A stretch of 64,000 nucleotides of DNA from an uncultured bacterium (lineage in GTDB: Bacteria > Patescibacteriota > Kazan-3B-28). The position numbers were made by a program, and so were the translations under genes. Below the pieces are notes generated by a model, which saw nothing but the letters and a program-made list of their open reading frames with translations, had not been told where the DNA came from and did not search any database. The stretch is taken from assembly GCA_963695435.1 (NCBI GenBank), contig OY968788.1, forward strand, positions 349,456-413,455, written 5' to 3'. Within the stretch, counting starts at the first letter, position 1; every line of letters begins with the position of its first letter. Below are positions 59,690 to 64,000 of this stretch, piece by piece.

Positions 59690-59718
59690 TTTACATCTGG
59701 AGCCGAAAAGTGTATGAT
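59690..59718 (+). promoter_or_regulatory. rnpB promoter
   Basis: TTTACA-N17-TATGAT about 7 nt before helix P1. Confidence 0.65.
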
Positions 59719-59725
59719 GTGCCTG

Positions 59726-60168
59726 CTCTTTGCAAGTGTGTAACTACCCTGTACCGACGGTATAGGGAGGAAAGTCCGGACACCATTTGGGATTTGGAAA
59801 GTCGCTAACGGCGACCAGGGGCAACCCTAGGGAAAGTGCCACAGAGACTATACTAGTTCTGCTGTAAAGCAGAATGAAAGGTGAAAAGTTGCGGGATGTG
59901 TTGTGTAAAGAATTAGGCCAAACCTAATGATTTGCGCCTCTTGCCACTCGCAAGGTTCCACCGCGAGGTGGAAATTCTGGTAAACCCTTTCCGGTGCAAG
60001 TTGGACTGGACTGAATATGCTAACAACATAAATTCCAATTGAGTATATTCAGACCCCAACGCTTGAGTTCTGGAGCAATCCAGAACCTAGATAGATGGTT
60101 ACTCTACCCGCGTACATTCGCAAGACTGTACAGGGTGAGACAGAATCCGGCTTATAGCTTGCAAAGAG
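59726..60168 (+). ncRNA. rnpB: RNase P RNA
   Basis: GAGGAAAGTCCGG, GGAAAGTGCCACAGA, GGTAAACCC, ACAGAATCCGGCTTA; P1 CTCTTTGCAAG/CTTGCAAAGAG. Confidence 0.96.
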
Positions 60169-60172
60169 TTTT

Positions 60173-60199
60173 AAAAAGACCACATTAGTGGTCTTTTTT
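60173..60199. terminator. rnpB terminator
   Basis: AAAAAGACCAC-ATTA-GTGGTCTTTTTT. Confidence 0.8.
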
Positions 60200-60264
60200 G
60201 ATTACAAATAAATTTTATAAACAACTTCTACAAACAACTCACAGAACAACATCTCCCCATTACG

Positions 60265-60288
60265 CAAAACTCACGATCGTGAGTTTTG
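60265..60288. repeat. Perfect 24-bp palindrome, copy 1
   Basis: CAAAACTCACGATCGTGAGTTTTG. Confidence 0.9.
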
Positions 60289-60331
60289 GGGAATAATTAG
60301 ATATTTAGATATGTCGATTAAATAAATGTAG

Positions 60332-60817
60332 CTACCAGATGTGTTCGCCGACATACAGAGATACATAGCCCTCAACATCATGATAATCAACTAAATCCTC
60401 TATCCAGTCCTCGCATTTATATCGACTAATCCAGACACTAAGCTGATGTTGTTTGAAACCCAGCATCTTGATGTGACGACGAAACCTATCACGCAACTTG
60501 CGCTCCCCTTCGGGGATATCGAATACCAAAATTCTTATTTTGCCGTCAACGGCCAGTTCTTTTTTAATAATTGGTAGCATTCTAACTGCACCAAGTTGTG
60601 TCAGTCGATAATATTTTCCTTTTGGTTCTAATTCTTGCTCGTAAATCAGTCTATCAACAATTTTCTGAACCTGACGAGGATCCAATAATCGCATCCCCTT
60701 ATATCTAGTGGTCAGAGGGATAGTGAAAAATTCAAACAGACCCGCACCGGTGTGTTTGATAGCACGAATAATAAGACGGCGGACTATATTACGTTGAGTA
60801 TTTTTTGTTTTTGGCAT
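60332..60817 (-). CDS. PaaX-like protein (wHTH plus Cas2-like ferredoxin domain)
   Basis: YRLTQLG wing; RILVFDIPE.ERKLRD.FRR....LGF...Q.SVWIS. Confidence 0.8.
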   Translation of the reverse strand: MPKTKNTQRNIVRRLIIRAIKHTGAGLFEFFTIPLTTRYKGMRLLDPRQVQKIVDRLIYEQELEPKGKYYRLTQLGAVRMLPIIKKELAVDGKIRILVFDIPEGERKLRDRFRRHIKMLGFKQHQLSVWISRYKCEDWIEDLVDYHDVEGYVSLYVGEHIW

Positions 60818-60823
60818 GTTACT

Positions 60824-60847
60824 AAAAACGTACGATCGTGAGTTTTG
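60824..60847. repeat. Imperfect copy 2 of the 24-bp palindrome, just upstream of the PaaX-like ATG
   Basis: AAAAACGTACGATCGTGAGTTTTG, 21/24 identical to copy 1. Confidence 0.85.
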
Positions 60848-60876
60848 AGGATAGAAAGTTGTGGGTAAAATAAAGA

Positions 60877-62997
60877 CTAGGCGATGGTGATGGTGATGAT
60901 ACCAGTGTAGTTACCTGTCGCCTTGTTCCATAGACCAGTGAGATCAATTGTGGGCGAAAAATAGAATCCCCCCTTACCATAACCCGCAGAAGCTGCGTAG
61001 GCTGTTCTGGAAGCGTCTAGAGTGGCACCGGTTTGGCCAGTCATATTTGTTGTGACAGAGGTAAAACCGACATTAAGAACACCTGTCGTGGATGTCCATG
61101 TGATATTAGCATGGTCGATAGTGTTTCCTCCATTAGTCATATCAGTACCAGAAACTGATACGGTATAAGCGGAAGCTGTAGAGCGCTTGTCCCAAAAACC
61201 AATCTTCTCGCCGGCAGCAAAGACATACTGCTTGGTATTCGTGCCTACAGTGACACTTCCATAGCTCACGCTGGCAGGTGCAGTGCTTACTTCCAAATCA
61301 TAAGCGGCGGCGGTAGTGAGGGTAGGATAATTATTGCCCACAACAGGAGATACTACACCAGCAGGAGTATCTGTCCCGCCACTATTCTCGATGTAGTAGA
61401 GGCGGAAAAAATATTGAGTGTTGGCGGTGGCACCATTATTTTGGATGGTAAATTCAAATTCTGTGGCGGTGCTGGCGGCAGGATCAAAGGTACTGGAGCT
61501 AGTGCTACCGCCAGTTTCGTTATGAGTACCGTTGGCGGCAGTAGTGGTAAGAAGACGAGTAGTTATCGAAGTGTCGTCAGTGTCAACGCCGTTGTAGTAG
61601 CGCCAAATAACCATTTGACCAACCCCGCCGACATCAGTCGCCGATGAAAAACTATTAGAAGTATCGTATTCCAAATGAAATTTTACATCCGTGCCGGCCG
61701 TCGCCCCAGTTTCCGTTACACCAAAGCGTAATTTTAAAGCATTCCCGTCATAGACTATTCGGGTGCTGGCTGGCGCGTGGCTTTCGGTTCCGATAGTGTC
61801 TCCTGCTAAAATATCAGTCCCTAAGGTGTCGGCAGGGTCAGTCGTTTGTTCGGCATCACACCAGCGCCATTCGGTTGATTTGGGAGTATATACAGCCAAT
61901 TTCTTCGCTACCACCACATCAATATACGCAGGAGTATTGCTCTCGGAGGAGAAGTTGCCGGAGATGGTATGAGTGTGAGCGGCAGCTGTGGCGCCAGGAG
62001 GAGTGGTGCTGGTGGTGACACCCGTTGTGGCACTGGCGCCAAGAGAGACAACACTAAGGGCATGGGTATGAGTGGCGGAGCCTTGTCCGGTCTGGTAGCC
62101 AGTCTGGGCCTCCATAAAAACTTGGTAGAATGCTTCGCCTCCGCCATTGCTAATGATATCCCAGCTGGAGCTGTCAATATTCGGGTCACCATTGAACATA
62201 GCTATCATGCCGGCGGGGATAGCGGTGCCGCCGCTGTTGGTAACAGAGCCCAAGACCACTTCTGTATGGAGAGGGGTATCGTCGTTACTGATAGGAGAAG
62301 TGCCGGTATAGCTGTGGGTATGGGCGCTGGAGGGGCGCGGATCGGTCCCGGAAGCTACAGCAACGGTGGCGCTGGGGCCGCTGGTGACAATGCTTAGATT
62401 AGCATGGGAGTGGGTGTTGGTGCTACTAAAGCCACCAGAAGTAGAATTAAACCTGATCATATAGCCATTTTGACCAGCATAACCGCTAAATCCCGTTCCC
62501 ACGGCGGCATCAAATATAGCGATGGCGAATTGGGGCAGGGTGGTGGGAATACCGCTATCGCAAGAAATGGGGATGAGATCGCGATAAGCAGGCGAAGGAG
62601 TTGCAGTATTCATAGTGAAAGTGGTAAGAGTCGAGTGGGTGTGGATGGTGTTGGAGACAGTAACTCCCGTTCTTGTACGGTTGGCGCCCGTGGAAGACGC
62701 AACCACAGCTACGGTGCCTTGGGTGTGAGTATGAGTGGGGGTGGTGGCGGAGCCAAGGGCCGCATTCCCCCGCGGGAAGTAGCCGGCATAGGTAGCGCCT
62801 GTGCCAACACCCGCAGTCCAGCCAGTAGGGACACTTCCGCCCAGACCGGTATCCCAGAGCAAAATCATTTTCTCGCCGGTAGCGCGAGCTTTTGGGACAT
62901 TACCTGTTTCTAACGGGAACAAATGGGAAAAGCCGGCCACTACCGAGACCGTTATGATAATGACTGTAATACGCTGGAAAAGTTTTGTCCGCTTCAT
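60877..62997 (-). CDS. Secreted Thr/Gly/Ser-rich surface protein with tail-fibre-like HxH repeats and C-terminal WxL-like domain
   Basis: Signal peptide; six HxH motifs; C-terminus D.RST...YTVSVS...GNYTGIITITI. Confidence 0.65.
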   Translation of the reverse strand: MKRTKLFQRITVIIITVSVVAGFSHLFPLETGNVPKARATGEKMILLWDTGLGGSVPTGWTAGVGTGATYAGYFPRGNAALGSATTPTHTHTQGTVAVVASSTGANRTRTGVTVSNTIHTHSTLTTFTMNTATPSPAYRDLIPISCDSGIPTTLPQFAIAIFDAAVGTGFSGYAGQNGYMIRFNSTSGGFSSTNTHSHANLSIVTSGPSATVAVASGTDPRPSSAHTHSYTGTSPISNDDTPLHTEVVLGSVTNSGGTAIPAGMIAMFNGDPNIDSSSWDIISNGGGEAFYQVFMEAQTGYQTGQGSATHTHALSVVSLGASATTGVTTSTTPPGATAAAHTHTISGNFSSESNTPAYIDVVVAKKLAVYTPKSTEWRWCDAEQTTDPADTLGTDILAGDTIGTESHAPASTRIVYDGNALKLRFGVTETGATAGTDVKFHLEYDTSNSFSSATDVGGVGQMVIWRYYNGVDTDDTSITTRLLTTTAANGTHNETGGSTSSSTFDPAASTATEFEFTIQNNGATANTQYFFRLYYIENSGGTDTPAGVVSPVVGNNYPTLTTAAAYDLEVSTAPASVSYGSVTVGTNTKQYVFAAGEKIGFWDKRSTASAYTVSVSGTDMTNGGNTIDHANITWTSTTGVLNVGFTSVTTNMTGQTGATLDASRTAYAASAGYGKGGFYFSPTIDLTGLWNKATGNYTGIITITIA

Positions 62998-64000
62998 TTC
63001 TTCTTCCGTTTGCTACTTGTTTTGCTCGTACTCAACCTCGCGGATAGGCGTGGCTGTCCGCTGGTAGTTATGCGTGGATGATACAAAGAAGATTTAAACG
63101 ATAGTAGATAGCTAACGAGAGATGGCATAGTTTCGGTTTCGGATTTACGGTATAGCTCATCAGATGTCAGTGGACGAATTGGAATCATTAATTTGTCTCC
63201 GACATTTAGCGCATAGGGCCAGACCAGCCGGTTGAATCTAACGATTAGTTGGGGCAAAGCGCCTGTTTTTTCGGAAATATGAATAATTGTTTCACCTTTT
63301 GCGATAGTATAAACCTCAACTTTGGTGCGGTATTTATTTCTGTCTTTCCAGAAAGCCAATAAACGGTAGACGAGCCATCCAATGACCAAAAGAATGGCTA
63401 GGAGTGCGAAGTAAATTCCTCCTATCCAGAAACCGAAAGAATATTTAAAAGTCATGTCTGGCAGAGTTTTCTTGCTTCCATCCGACAAGATTTCATCAAT
63501 CGACCATGTGTGTAAAACCAGATTTACCCGATAATAGCCCATCAGCGGAGCGTGTTTTGCCCACGTCTTGTCTATAGTTATCGTACTATTAGGCAGAAAA
63601 GCTCCATTTGAGTTTTCTACTTGGTGATAAGTTCCAAACAATCCTTTTAGGTTAATATCTAGCGCCGGTTCGATATTTATATTGCTTTCGTTGCGGGCTT
63701 GAATATGAAAAATTAATTTCCCATCCTTAATTTCATGAGTGACTTTTTGGAAAGTTAGTTTGCGAACAACCTTCCCCGGCACCGTCACATAAATTCGGGC
63801 ACCTATACGGATTCTTAGCCCGACTCCGTTGGGTGAGTCGGCTGTTTTTTCATAAATTACAATTGCCCCGCTGTGTTGGCCCGGACTGGCATTGTCGGGA
63901 ACTGTGAGATTGAAATTAATGTTAGCAGATTTGCCAGCACCGACTTGAATAGTATTAGTAGAAAGCTTAACCCAATTACCCAAATCTTGGTTCTGGGCGG
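62994..64000 (-). CDS. DUF916/WxL-interacting-protein-like with TM helix and LysM-like domain; 5' end outside window
   Basis: WVKLS...F.LTVP.NASPG.H.GAIV...RIGARIYV.VPG; TM; YTIAKGETI..I...IVRFN.L..PY.L.VGDKL.IP. Confidence 0.7.
   Translation of the reverse strand, partial: AQNQDLGNWVKLSTNTIQVGAGKSANINFNLTVPDNASPGQHSGAIVIYEKTADSPNGVGLRIRIGARIYVTVPGKVVRKLTFQKVTHEIKDGKLIFHIQARNESNINIEPALDINLKGLFGTYHQVENSNGAFLPNSTITIDKTWAKHAPLMGYYRVNLVLHTWSIDEILSDGSKKTLPDMTFKYSFGFWIGGIYFALLAILLVIGWLVYRLLAFWKDRNKYRTKVEVYTIAKGETIIHISEKTGALPQLIVRFNRLVWPYALNVGDKLMIPIRPLTSDELYRKSETETMPSLVSYLLSFKSSLYHPRITTSGQPRLSARLSTSKTSSKRKKK

Noticed and set aside
60200-60850. CRISPR-Cas locus suggested by the Cas2-like motif
   Set aside because: No repeat-spacer array, cas1 or effector in the window; the protein is PaaX-like with a wHTH.
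1-64000. UGA recoding (code 25) as in Gracilibacteria/Absconditabacteria
   Set aside because: Conserved genes are full length under code 11, and TGA terminates ORFs such as adk and the plsC-like gene.

Overview
This is a core-genome window from a small-genome bacterium with Patescibacteria (CPR) hallmarks: no rpmD/L30 between rpsE and rplO, short RpoB/RpoC, and DUF4012, PaaX-like and OpgC-like genes. It uses the standard genetic code. A ~31 kb minus-strand transcription/translation cluster runs rpoB-rpoC-rpsL-rpsG-fusA-[two inserted genes]-tuf-S10-spc-alpha-rplM-rpsI-secE-nusG-rpmG. The window also holds infC-rpmI-rplT, 9 tRNAs (including a rare Leu-AAG), RNase P RNA, a glycosyltransferase cluster, a cdaA/cdaR-like pair and a WxL-type surface locus. 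The strongest unexplained signal is an ~85-nt intergenic element present three times inside the ribosomal cluster (13431, 24267, 35112), in both orientations, with invariant linkers and compensatory changes across its stems. Other candidates are a PaaX/Cas2-like gene bracketed by a 24-bp palindrome, a phage-tail-fibre-like HxH protein fused to a WxL-like domain, and self-contained promoter-boxA-SD-terminator single-gene cassettes, one bounded by a 30-bp direct repeat between fusA and tuf. Several further small repeat families and an apparently catalytically dead diadenylate cyclase are also present. All calls were made by eye; no searches or folding programs were run.
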